IMG/VR virus record: IMGVR_UViG_3300001592_000008
DNA: 64,000 bases
Direction: 5' to 3' (one strand)
Origin: an uncultured virus (IMG/VR IMGVR_UViG_3300001592_000008)
Lineage: Duplodnaviria > Heunggongvirae > Uroviricota > Caudoviricetes
Both the position numbers and the translations under genes were made by a program. The first letter of the stretch is position 1, and each line of letters opens with the position of its first letter. The notes beneath the pieces are model-generated. The model was not told where the DNA came from, searched no databases, and worked only from the letters and a program-made list of their open reading frames with translations. Positions 18,647-27,642 of this stretch are shown piece by piece.

Positions 18647-19771
18647 TTAATCCTCTTCATCTTCAAGTCCGTTTTCAAGAGACTTCTTCAAATCAACTAA
18701 ATCGTTTTGCATTGACTTTTTGATTTTATTATGAAGAGCAATCAGAAGTTTATTGTGGTCATAGTAATGTTTGAATAATTCTCTCGGAGAACTCCAAGAC
18801 AATTTGCCATTCAAATAACTCACTTTCTTAGCTCCTTCTTTTTTCAAAATTCCTACTTCCAGAGCATAGTCAATGTCTTCTTGAGAAAGTATTATTCCAT
18901 AACCAAGCAATATTCTTATGTCGGTTTTTTTCCTACTTCCAAAATCATTCTTGACTACTTTGACCTCAGTTATTTGAGCAACTTCTACTTCATCAATTTT
19001 TTCATGTTTGATTAGTTTCATTGACAAACGAATAGTAGGCATTAATTCAACCCATTCTCCTCCAGTACTCTTTCTGGTAGTGATACCCATATTACTTTGT
19101 TCATACTGATGATTTAACATCACAAAGTGCATAACATGAGTGTACATTTCANACATAATTGATTTAGCAAATTTCTTAGCTTCTTTAGCAAAAGCCATCA
19201 TCTTTTCGTTTTTCAATTCTATGTCCTCAACTTCTGAACCTTTCTGAAGCTCCTTCTCCAAACGCTTGGTATTTTCCTCCATAGTATCAAGTTCTGACTT
19301 AGATAGAGTTGCTCCAAGACTATCCCAAAGAAAAAAGAATTTAGGTTTCATTTTATCTTCTTTCATTATCTCATCGGCATCCATCACAAGTTTTTTAACT
19401 TGCATGAACATGGCTTCAACATACTTAACCTTAACAATGATTATTCGATTAACAGGCAATCCAAGCTGTAAAGCATAATCTTTGTTATCTCTATTTTCGC
19501 TTGAAAGAATAACAGCAATGCCGTCATCAGGATTTTCATGAAGAAAATATTTCATAGCCATAAGTCCTAATGTTGTTTTACCACTACGGCTCTTGCCTGC
19601 TATCTCTATGATACCAGTCGGTAGTCCGAAAGTACGAAGATTATAATCAAGCGTAGGACTGCCTGTATGTGCCCAGCTCTTAATGTCTTTGAAACCGTCC
19701 TTCTCGGAAAACTTTATAACATCTTCACTGTTAAATTTTTTGACTATTCTGTCAATTATATTTTTGCTCAT
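18647..19771 (-). CDS. RecA/UvsX recombinase
   Basis: GKSRSGKTT, WDSLGA, NHQY, STGG, VKVVKND. One N at 19152. Start set at MSKNIID. Confidence 0.9.
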   Translation of the reverse strand: MSKNIIDRIVKKFNSEDVIKFSEKDGFKDIKSWAHTGSPTLDYNLRTFGLPTGIIEIAGKSRSGKTTLGLMAMKYFLHENPDDGIAVILSSENRDNKDYALQLGLPVNRIIIVKVKYVEAMFMQVKKLVMDADEIMKEDKMKPKFFFLWDSLGATLSKSELDTMEENTKRLEKELQKGSEVEDIELKNEKMMAFAKEAKKFAKSIMXEMYTHVMHFVMLNHQYEQSNMGITTRKSTGGEWVELMPTIRLSMKLIKHEKIDEVEVAQITEVKVVKNDFGSRKKTDIRILLGYGIILSQEDIDYALEVGILKKEGAKKVSYLNGKLSWSSPRELFKHYYDHNKLLIALHNKIKKSMQNDLVDLKKSLENGLEDEED

Positions 19772-19853
19772 AATGTTTATATTTACAAAATAAGCCAACG
19801 ATATGTTTCAACCGCTGGCTTATCTTTATTAACAAATTAAAGTAAGATGAAAA

Positions 19854-21176
19854 TTATTTTTTACCAGCAAGTTTCTTTTTAATGTCACTCAGTGAAACTT
19901 TTGCCTTCGGTGCTTCTTCCTCCTCTTCGTCCTCATCTTCTTCGGCTTCATCATCTTCTTCGGAGCCCATTGCTTCTCTGATTGCTTCTCGCAAATCGTC
20001 ATCAGACATTGATTTCTTAACCGATACTTCCAAGCCGTTGTCTTTGATATACTTCTTCAACTCCGTTCTGTCCATATCATCCAAACCGTCATCATCTGAG
20101 TCATCGGCTTCTTCTTCGTCCTCATCTTCGTCCTCTTCAGGCTCTTCCACCTTTTTCTTAGCAGGAGCTTTAGATGACTTCTTTGGTTTTTCTTCCTCTT
20201 CCTCGTCATCTGATTCGTCTGAATCATCATCGGCTTCCTCCTCTTCTTCTTTCACCTTTTTGGAAGTTGTTTTTTTAGCAGTCTTTTTCTTTGAAGGTTT
20301 TTCATCCTCATCTTCTGACTCTCCGTCATATTGAGCTTTGATTTCTTCAACATGTTCCAACCAATCGTCATCGTCAAACAATTCCATTTCATGCTCTTCG
20401 TCAAAGTTTTGCAAACCTTCAAGAGCTTTTTCAAAGTCTCTCATGCCGTACTTAGGAAGAACTTCAGTAAGCGGTTTCAAAGACATGAAATGTTCAATTT
20501 CCTCATCAGACAAAGGTCTCGCAGCAGCTTTCTTCGGGAAAGCAACTTCATAATAATTTTCACCCTTTTTCTTGTTAGGATTTTTCATGTATTTAACCAT
20601 CACTGGCATACCTTCATCAACGTCAGTAAATGGGTCAACCTCAATTACATCGTCTTCATCTTCGGAGAATGCTAACTTGTTCAAAGCGTCTCTTACCATC
20701 TTTTTGAATTCCCAAAGTTTAGCACGCAACTCTTCATCACCACTGACACGGTCTGCGTAACATAACCAAGTGTAAGAAGGATTGAGACTGTTTTGGTTCT
20801 GACCAGTACCAGTAAGAGCGTCAAGTTTTTCGCTATCTTTAGCCCATTTCTTTTTAGCCCATTTCACGTATTCTTCAACCAAATCGTATTTAGTTCCACC
20901 GTGAAGTTTTGAATCAAGAACGGTAGTGCGTCTTGCATCTCCGTCTCTACCAGATACTGTAAGCCAGTAACATTTCTTTGGAATGTAAAAATCTTCAACG
21001 CCAGGGTGAGCAGGAAATATACGAATTTTCAATGTTTTACCATCTTCCAAATTCAAATATTCATTGCTTTGAGCACCAATAGTTTCGTTGTCTTCATCGA
21101 CACGCTTTTTGAGTTTCTTAATAGGAGTTGCTTTCAACTGTGAACGCAAATCTCCAACGGAATTTTTCTTTGCCAT
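19854..21176 (-). CDS. Single-stranded DNA-binding protein (gp32-like) with a long acidic tail
   Basis: LKIRIFPAH...DPFTDVDEG...YYEVAF core; position between UvsY-like and RecA genes; very acidic C-terminus. Confidence 0.72.
   Translation of the reverse strand: MAKKNSVGDLRSQLKATPIKKLKKRVDEDNETIGAQSNEYLNLEDGKTLKIRIFPAHPGVEDFYIPKKCYWLTVSGRDGDARRTTVLDSKLHGGTKYDLVEEYVKWAKKKWAKDSEKLDALTGTGQNQNSLNPSYTWLCYADRVSGDEELRAKLWEFKKMVRDALNKLAFSEDEDDVIEVDPFTDVDEGMPVMVKYMKNPNKKKGENYYEVAFPKKAAARPLSDEEIEHFMSLKPLTEVLPKYGMRDFEKALEGLQNFDEEHEMELFDDDDWLEHVEEIKAQYDGESEDEDEKPSKKKTAKKTTSKKVKEEEEEADDDSDESDDEEEEEKPKKSSKAPAKKKVEEPEEDEDEDEEEADDSDDDGLDDMDRTELKKYIKDNGLEVSVKKSMSDDDLREAIREAMGSEEDDEAEEDEDEEEEEAPKAKVSLSDIKKKLAGKK
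19899..19950. repeat. 52-bp exact dispersed repeat, copy 1
   Basis: TTTTGCCTTCGGTGCTTCTTCCTCCTCTTCGTCCTCATCTTCTTCGGCTTCA, identical to 27781-27832. Confidence 0.9.
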
Positions 21177-21200
21177 AATTTTCTTTACTTTGAATTATTG

Positions 21201-21722
21201 TTAATCAATTAATTTCTTCGTCTTTTTAATTAAAACGTTGTTCACTCTTCCTTCTATGATAGAATCAGACAAATCACCTGGTTGGACTGACAATGACAAT
21301 TTATCTAACTTGGCTGATTTATCTTTGGCTGACCAAAAGATAGAATTTACATAGTCTCTTGTTTTAACAACTTCGTTGAATTTTCTTCTCATAGCTTGAT
21401 AAGCCTTATTAGAAACAACTGCATTGTTTAACGCTTCAACAGTCGGATTTTTACCGCCATTCTGTTCAGCAAGTTCAGCTCTCAACTTCTCTTTGGTTTT
21501 TGCTTCAAAAACTTCAAGATTTAATTTAGCTTCAGAAACTTGAGATTCAGCCTCAGCAAGTAATTGACCAAATCGGTTTACAATCACTGGGAAAGTAATC
21601 ATTTCACCTATTAAGTTTGAATAATCAATCTTCAATAAGTCATCAACATTCATATCGTCATCAAAATTATCAAACAATAATTTGAATGTTCTATTGCCAA
21701 CTTGTATGATTCTCTTTTCCAT
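21201..21722 (-). CDS. UvsY-like recombination mediator
   Basis: DDLLKID..NL, long helices, KPTVEALNNAV, AKDKS..L; adjacent to SSB and RecA. Confidence 0.65.
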   Translation of the reverse strand: MEKRIIQVGNRTFKLLFDNFDDDMNVDDLLKIDYSNLIGEMITFPVIVNRFGQLLAEAESQVSEAKLNLEVFEAKTKEKLRAELAEQNGGKNPTVEALNNAVVSNKAYQAMRRKFNEVVKTRDYVNSIFWSAKDKSAKLDKLSLSVQPGDLSDSIIEGRVNNVLIKKTKKLID

Positions 21723-21724
21723 AT

Positions 21725-22024
21725 TTATTCTCCTTCGCTTCCTTCTGCTTTCAAGATATGCAATCCAATTACAGCATATCCGATAATATCTTTCAATGTA
21801 TCTTCAATGCCCTCGAAATTAGGTTGCTCACCTTTCATTTTGTTTTCTACCATATTACGGTATCTACTAACTTTGTCCCACAAATGAACCATATTGCCGT
21901 TCATCCCAAGGTCAAAAGAAGCTCCTTTGTAATCTTTGTTTTTCTTAACCAGCAAATCAGACATTCCATTGAAAATCTCTTCAATAGTCTCTTTGCTCAT
22001 TTCAGTTCCTTTTTTAGTCGCCAT
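21725..22024 (-). CDS. Nucleotide modification associated domain 1 (Nmad1/DUF1599) protein
   Basis: LLVKKNKDY..SF...HLWDKVSR...EGIEDTLKDIIGYAVI. Confidence 0.8.
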   Translation of the reverse strand: MATKKGTEMSKETIEEIFNGMSDLLVKKNKDYKGASFDLGMNGNMVHLWDKVSRYRNMVENKMKGEQPNFEGIEDTLKDIIGYAVIGLHILKAEGSEGE

Positions 22025-22664
22025 ATACATTTTTGATTAAATTATTTAATTCTGAGAAATTCAAATTATGATTTTCAAATTTTCTCATTAACATATCTCT
22101 AACATTTTTAATAGCTTGCTCAAGTCCTTCTCTACCACGTTCCCATTGGGCATTAAGACTTTTGTTACCCAATGAACGTTCTCTATTCATATAGAATACA
22201 AGAGCTAACCAATCAGCTAATTTACAAAAGACTTTAACATCATCTCCTATGCGTGTTATGTTTCCAACTACCATATTAGCAGTAGCACTCCAGTTACCAC
22301 AATCGTTTCCATCATCTTCTCCGAACTCTTCAATTGCTTTATGTCTTGATAAGTTGTTCAAAGCGTTTCTGATTTCCTCTCCGTTAAACTTGTTATATTT
22401 AGTTTCATGAGACATGTCACGAAGTATTAACGCTTCATCCCAATCATGAAATGCAAATGCATCTATACAATCAAGTTTAAAAGATAAAACTTCAACATCT
22501 TTGTTATTGAAACCAAAAATATCTTCAAGCAAAATCCTACCAAATATTGATACCTTATAGGAATGCTGACTCACGCTTTCTTCTTTGAAAACGTCCATTT
22601 CTTGCCACTGCTTAATATTATCAAGCCGTTTCAAATAATCTCCATTAAAAATTTTTGCTAACAT
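22014..22664 (-). CDS. HD-domain 5'-deoxynucleotidase (YfbR-like)
   Basis: ESVSQHSY, FHDWDEA, RDM...K, KLADWL. Confidence 0.82.
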   Translation of the reverse strand: MLAKIFNGDYLKRLDNIKQWQEMDVFKEESVSQHSYKVSIFGRILLEDIFGFNNKDVEVLSFKLDCIDAFAFHDWDEALILRDMSHETKYNKFNGEEIRNALNNLSRHKAIEEFGEDDGNDCGNWSATANMVVGNITRIGDDVKVFCKLADWLALVFYMNRERSLGNKSLNAQWERGREGLEQAIKNVRDMLMRKFENHNLNFSELNNLIKNVYGD

Positions 22665-22680
22665 AATTTACCAATTTTAT

Positions 22681-25600
22681 TTACGATTTACCATTTTTCC
22701 AATCTTCAAATTTTGTTGATTTTGTTTTATGTTCTGATATTACATATAACTTTGTCTTGTTATTGCTCATCAGTTTCTTCTCGTTTTTCCACTTATCCTT
22801 TTCAACAACACCGCTTAAAGCTACGATACAACCTTTCAAATTAGCAATGTCTTCTCCAATTCTTTCATACGCATCTGGCCAAAGAAGTATCGGAATAATA
22901 GTGTTGTTGCAATCTATGTTTAAAGTACACATAGTTCCATTCTTGATTTCCTTTTCTTTGTAATAGATTAGCTTGCCGGCAACAGCCACTTCTTTCTTTT
23001 CTTTAGTAGCTAAAAATTCAGTATCATCTACATACATATTGGCTAAACGCTTGTTTGGAATAGCATCTTTTATCATGTTTTCATAATCAACTTCACCGAA
23101 ACCAGTCAAACGTTTTTGTTCTAATATCCAGAAAGCATTTGATTTTGCATCCTCAACATTATACTCTTCTGGCATAACGTCTCCTTTTATATCCAAATAT
23201 TTAGACAAAAGTTTCCTTCTGTCTCTCGGATTGTTTACACCTTCTATTAAATCAAACGCTCCAGCAATAATAAGGCACTTTACAACCGTTTTATTGACCT
23301 TTGAAGGCACTCGACTCAGGAACTCTTCTAATGAATAAAATTGACCACCCTCGTGCCTTGTATTCATTATATTTTGAACTGCTACTTCTCCTACTCCTTT
23401 AATTTTCGTCAAGCTGAAGAAGATGCGTTGTTCTTTCGGGTCACACGTGAAATTTATATCAGAGAAATTAACATCAGGTGGACGTATCTCAACCTCAACT
23501 CCTGTTTTCTTTAACTCAGCAAGTCGGTATGGCACTTCACCTTCTTTGGAGAATTGAAGAGCTGTTGTCCAAAACTCCAATGGATAATTCACTTTGAACC
23601 ATTGACTCCAATACGACATAATTGAATAAGCTGCAGCATGAGACTTGTTAAAACCATAACCTGAAAAGGCAAGAAGTTTATCCCAAACATGTTCAGCATA
23701 TTCTTTAGGTTTTTCAATTCCATTTTTTTCAAGTAGTTTGGTGTAACCTTCTTTGAATTTCTCACCATATGAACTCAAAGTCTTAATATCTTTCTTTTTG
23801 ATAGTAGTACGAAGAACATCTGATTCAACTTCTGTTAATCCTCCTACTACTACGGCTTTCATAATCTGTTCCTGATAAACATAAAGTCCAAATGTTTCCC
23901 CAGTAATTTTTTCCATTCCAAAATCATACACTGGTTTCTTCTTTCCGTTCTTAATATCGGAGAAGTCACCATGAGCATTCATTTCCATTGGACCAGGTCG
24001 GAATAAAGCCGTCATGGCTATAAGGTTTTCAAGCGTATCTGGTTTAACTTGTCTGCAATAGTTCATCAAACCAGTAGTACCGAACTGAAACACATCTTCA
24101 TTCCATCCTCTCTTGAAATATCTAAATGTTGCTTCATCATCCAAAGGTATTTTGTTAACATCTATGTTCTTACCAGTATTCTTTTTTATCAAAGTCAATA
24201 TACTCTTGAACTTATCAAGCTGAGATAAACCAAGAATATCCTCTTTTAAGAAGCCTGATTTGTCAATGTATTTACCTTCCCATTCAGATACAAGAACTCC
24301 GTCAATTTTCTTTATAGGCATCCATTCCCACAAATCTATATCAGCATGACTTCCATCAACTCTAAACTTCGGAACTATAACAACCGCTGAAGGGTGGACA
24401 CTCTCAGCCTTCGGTTGCAATAAAGCGTATTTTGTTAAATGAACAAGTTCTGGATTTTCCTGAACGAAATTGAAAAGCAGTTTTGATTTTGAAGCATATT
24501 CAATTAAATCTCCCCAAGTGTATTCAATTTGGTCATCAATATCTTTAGTCAGTTTATTTGTTAAATCAAATGAAAGTCCTTTAACCTTTCCAAAGTCTTT
24601 TATGCAGGTCTTTAGTTTCATTCTTGTATATGTTCCAATACTACAAGTGTAATCATATCCATATTTTTCTTTGATATAATTTTTCACTGAATCTCGGAAC
24701 TCGGTTGGAAAGTCAACATCAATATCAGGCATAGAGTCAGCGGACTTTGCACGCTCCCCCGATACACGTGTTTCATTCAAGAAACGCTCAAACATTAATC
24801 CATATTTCAATGGGTCAACGTCCGTAATATGTAAACAATAAGCAACAAGACTACCGCAAACTGAACCACGTCCTGTTCCAACATTAATATCATTTTCATG
24901 ACACCACCGTATAATATCCCAAAGTATCATAAAATAATCACACAAACCGTTAGGAACGATTACATTACATTCTGTTTCAATCTGCTTCATGTATTTTTCC
25001 AATTCTTTAGGTTTTAGATGGCCAAGACGTTCATTGATTCCCTTTTCCAGTTCCTCAAAGAATTTTCCTTCAACATCCTTAACCTCAAAATGAGGCAATT
25101 TACGCTCTCCTGTATTTATACGGAAGTCTATGGAATCAGATAGCTTTGAAGCATTCTCTATGCCAGTTACAATTGCTTCAAACAAAGGTTCTACGTTTTC
25201 AATCCATTCCTCATAAGCATTTATGGTATCAGATACACTCTTGAAATATTGGTCATTTGATTCAGGAGTTGCTTTATTATTCACCTTGTTGAGAATTGTT
25301 TTCAATTCACTCTCTTCCTTATCAAGATAATATGAATCATTTATCAAGATAGGTTTCAACATCCTTCGATAATTACAAAGATAGGTATCAATGTTTTCAA
25401 GATGTTTTCGGAATAGTTGTTGTGAAACATATTCAACGGTGTCTATCTGATAGAACACTTGGTCAAATGTTTTCTTATATTTTGCAATGAGTTTTACAGC
25501 GGATTTTTTATCATCTTTGATATAGTTCAATTCACTCTCTTTAGGCACTACGCAGCAAAGTCCTTTACCAAGCGTATAAAGTAACTCATCTGGTATGAAA

Positions 25601-26271
25601 CCATTATAATCTACATTTATAGCTTTGTTTATCAACAATAAGTTTCTCCATCCTTCATAATTCAAGATGAATAACTTTAATTCAAAAGTTTCTTGATTTT
25701 GCTTGTCTTCGGAATAATTGATTGCTACTGTTACAGTTTCGCCAATTATTGATTTAATTTTCTTTTTTTCACAAGCAGTCTGAAAAGAAAGAACTCCAGC
25801 CATGGTATTCTTATCACAAATACCAACAGCCTTACATTCCATGAAACTCGCTTTCTTAACCCAAATTTCACAAGAACCTGAACCATTCATCATTTCATAT
25901 TCAGAATGTACTCCTAAATGAACAAAGTCCATAACTTTCGGCTCACTCGTTTTACCAAGATATTTGAAGTCATTGAACTCTGGTTTGAATACCAATTCAT
26001 TGTATCGGTTTTTATCCTTCTTAATGTTTGAGTAATAGAATTTGCTTCCAAATTCAAATAAGATGAAATTAACCTTCTTTTCATCCAATATATCGAATTC
26101 ATCATCAGATAGGATAAAGGCAAAATCTTCATCTATTATTTTGCCATCAAACGGTTGAAGATAAAGAAACGTTCCAACCTCTTCTATGGTAATAATATCG
26201 GAGCCATTCAATTCTGACTCCGACACTATCATTTTATTTTCATTTAACCATTTAGACAAACTTTCAGTCAT
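22681..26271 (-). CDS. dnaE: DNA polymerase III alpha subunit (family C)
   Basis: PHP domain HLGVHSEY, GRGSVCGSLVAY, PDIDVDF, KEDILGL, GFNKSHAAAY, HhH IKGVG, C-terminal OB fold; about 110-aa N-terminal extension. Confidence 0.96.
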   Translation of the reverse strand: MTESLSKWLNENKMIVSESELNGSDIITIEEVGTFLYLQPFDGKIIDEDFAFILSDDEFDILDEKKVNFILFEFGSKFYYSNIKKDKNRYNELVFKPEFNDFKYLGKTSEPKVMDFVHLGVHSEYEMMNGSGSCEIWVKKASFMECKAVGICDKNTMAGVLSFQTACEKKKIKSIIGETVTVAINYSEDKQNQETFELKLFILNYEGWRNLLLINKAINVDYNGFIPDELLYTLGKGLCCVVPKESELNYIKDDKKSAVKLIAKYKKTFDQVFYQIDTVEYVSQQLFRKHLENIDTYLCNYRRMLKPILINDSYYLDKEESELKTILNKVNNKATPESNDQYFKSVSDTINAYEEWIENVEPLFEAIVTGIENASKLSDSIDFRINTGERKLPHFEVKDVEGKFFEELEKGINERLGHLKPKELEKYMKQIETECNVIVPNGLCDYFMILWDIIRWCHENDINVGTGRGSVCGSLVAYCLHITDVDPLKYGLMFERFLNETRVSGERAKSADSMPDIDVDFPTEFRDSVKNYIKEKYGYDYTCSIGTYTRMKLKTCIKDFGKVKGLSFDLTNKLTKDIDDQIEYTWGDLIEYASKSKLLFNFVQENPELVHLTKYALLQPKAESVHPSAVVIVPKFRVDGSHADIDLWEWMPIKKIDGVLVSEWEGKYIDKSGFLKEDILGLSQLDKFKSILTLIKKNTGKNIDVNKIPLDDEATFRYFKRGWNEDVFQFGTTGLMNYCRQVKPDTLENLIAMTALFRPGPMEMNAHGDFSDIKNGKKKPVYDFGMEKITGETFGLYVYQEQIMKAVVVGGLTEVESDVLRTTIKKKDIKTLSSYGEKFKEGYTKLLEKNGIEKPKEYAEHVWDKLLAFSGYGFNKSHAAAYSIMSYWSQWFKVNYPLEFWTTALQFSKEGEVPYRLAELKKTGVEVEIRPPDVNFSDINFTCDPKEQRIFFSLTKIKGVGEVAVQNIMNTRHEGGQFYSLEEFLSRVPSKVNKTVVKCLIIAGAFDLIEGVNNPRDRRKLLSKYLDIKGDVMPEEYNVEDAKSNAFWILEQKRLTGFGEVDYENMIKDAIPNKRLANMYVDDTEFLATKEKKEVAVAGKLIYYKEKEIKNGTMCTLNIDCNNTIIPILLWPDAYERIGEDIANLKGCIVALSGVVEKDKWKNEKKLMSNNKTKLYVISEHKTKSTKFEDWKNGKS

Positions 26272-26274
26272 AAT

Positions 26275-27525
26275 TTACAATTTTCCTAAGTATTCATGAT
26301 TAACTTTAACAGATAACCTTGAAGCAAAAAAGTTTTTTGCTAACATAGAAATATCCCAATTAAAACCATCACCTCCTCTTCCTTCGTCATCAAACATGTT
26401 TGCTTCCAAAACCTCGATTTCAGAAATAGCAGTATGTCTTGCTAAATCTTTTTCTTCAACCGTCTTTAAGAAAGTCATTTTATGCTTGTATTCTAAGTAT
26501 ATTCTAAGAAGATGATAAGAGTTAAACAGATACTTAGAAAAGTTTGCTAACTGCTGTATTTCGTCTGAATTCGGCTTTTCTCCTTCGGCTATCCTCTGAA
26601 GATTATTTAACACGATAGATAAATTGTATTCAATCTCTCTAAAACGATTAGCAGGAATTTCGTGACTGAAGTTGAAATCCATTCTCCTTTCTTGAGCTTC
26701 GGCTTCATCATACATACTCAGAATAATTCCATCCTCACCCTTTCTCTTTTTAGCAAAAGTTTCACTCATTTTACTTGCAATATCGTTCCACTCGTAAATA
26801 TGAAGACTTTGAGAATTATGAGTTTGAGTGCCAAGTTCTACTCCTAACGCTCCCGCCATAAGTTCAGTCAAGAAACTGAATTGAAATATATTTGTCGGTA
26901 AACCCCAGTGTAAATCATTACTTCGGTTTTGAATAGTGGTTATCAATTTGCCGTTTCTTATCTTCAACATAACCATGTCGTTACAAGGAATATCTTTGGT
27001 TTTATATCCTAAATCAAAATTTGGATTCCAAATAGACATAACAACTTGTCTGCTGTTAGGATTTTCCGTGAAGATTTTAATAGCATCAATTACTTGGTCA
27101 TATCCCTTAGAAGCGTTCAAATTATCATCAACGAATGAATCTTCAGTTCTTATTCCGAAATGTCTCAAACGGTAGCCATACGGAGCATGAAATGTTTTTC
27201 CATCATCAGAAAAATCGGACATCTTTTTATTAAACAATGTTAAAAAATCAACATCTTTTCTTCCTAAAGCAATCCACATTGCTTCTGCTAAAAGGAAAAA
27301 TATATTGATATCTCTTTCACAACCTCCTACGCATCTACGATAAGGATTCAAAAGAGTTGTCTTCATATCAAGCATCTCTTTAACTTTACCATCACGACTT
27401 TCTTCATACTCCTTCTGAGTAAAAATGTAATAGTTTACCAAAGGATACATATCAGAAAATGTATCCACTCTAACCACTCCAGCATCTGGGATGAACACTT
27501 TGTTCATGTCAATGTTACTGTTCAT
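26275..27525 (-). CDS. Thymidylate-synthase-fold enzyme, probably dUMP hydroxymethylase
   Basis: FFLLAEAMWIALGRKD, FSDDG...YGYRLR, KDIPCN, RSNDLHWGLPTN (Asn indicates a dUMP substrate), SLHIY. Confidence 0.78.
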   Translation of the reverse strand: MNSNIDMNKVFIPDAGVVRVDTFSDMYPLVNYYIFTQKEYEESRDGKVKEMLDMKTTLLNPYRRCVGGCERDINIFFLLAEAMWIALGRKDVDFLTLFNKKMSDFSDDGKTFHAPYGYRLRHFGIRTEDSFVDDNLNASKGYDQVIDAIKIFTENPNSRQVVMSIWNPNFDLGYKTKDIPCNDMVMLKIRNGKLITTIQNRSNDLHWGLPTNIFQFSFLTELMAGALGVELGTQTHNSQSLHIYEWNDIASKMSETFAKKRKGEDGIILSMYDEAEAQERRMDFNFSHEIPANRFREIEYNLSIVLNNLQRIAEGEKPNSDEIQQLANFSKYLFNSYHLLRIYLEYKHKMTFLKTVEEKDLARHTAISEIEVLEANMFDDEGRGGDGFNWDISMLAKNFFASRLSVKVNHEYLGKL

Positions 27526-27585
27526 ATTATTTATTGTTTATAAGTTATTTACTTACCTTTATCTAACTATGTTAATAACTTTGTA

Positions 27586-27624
27586 TAAAAAAAAAGAGAA
27601 CGTTCTCACGCTCTCTTTTCTTTT
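27586..27624 (-). terminator. Intrinsic terminator
   Basis: AAAAGAGA...TCTCTTTT inverted repeat with a long T-run on the minus strand, after ORF 27643..28938. Confidence 0.6.
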
Positions 27625-27642
27625 AACTAATTACCAAAATAA

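Noticed and set aside
22014..22664. DatZ of a 2-aminoadenine (Z-genome) pathway
   Set aside because: The HD fold is compatible, but there is no PurZ in the window and the neighbouring TS-fold gene points to pyrimidine modification.
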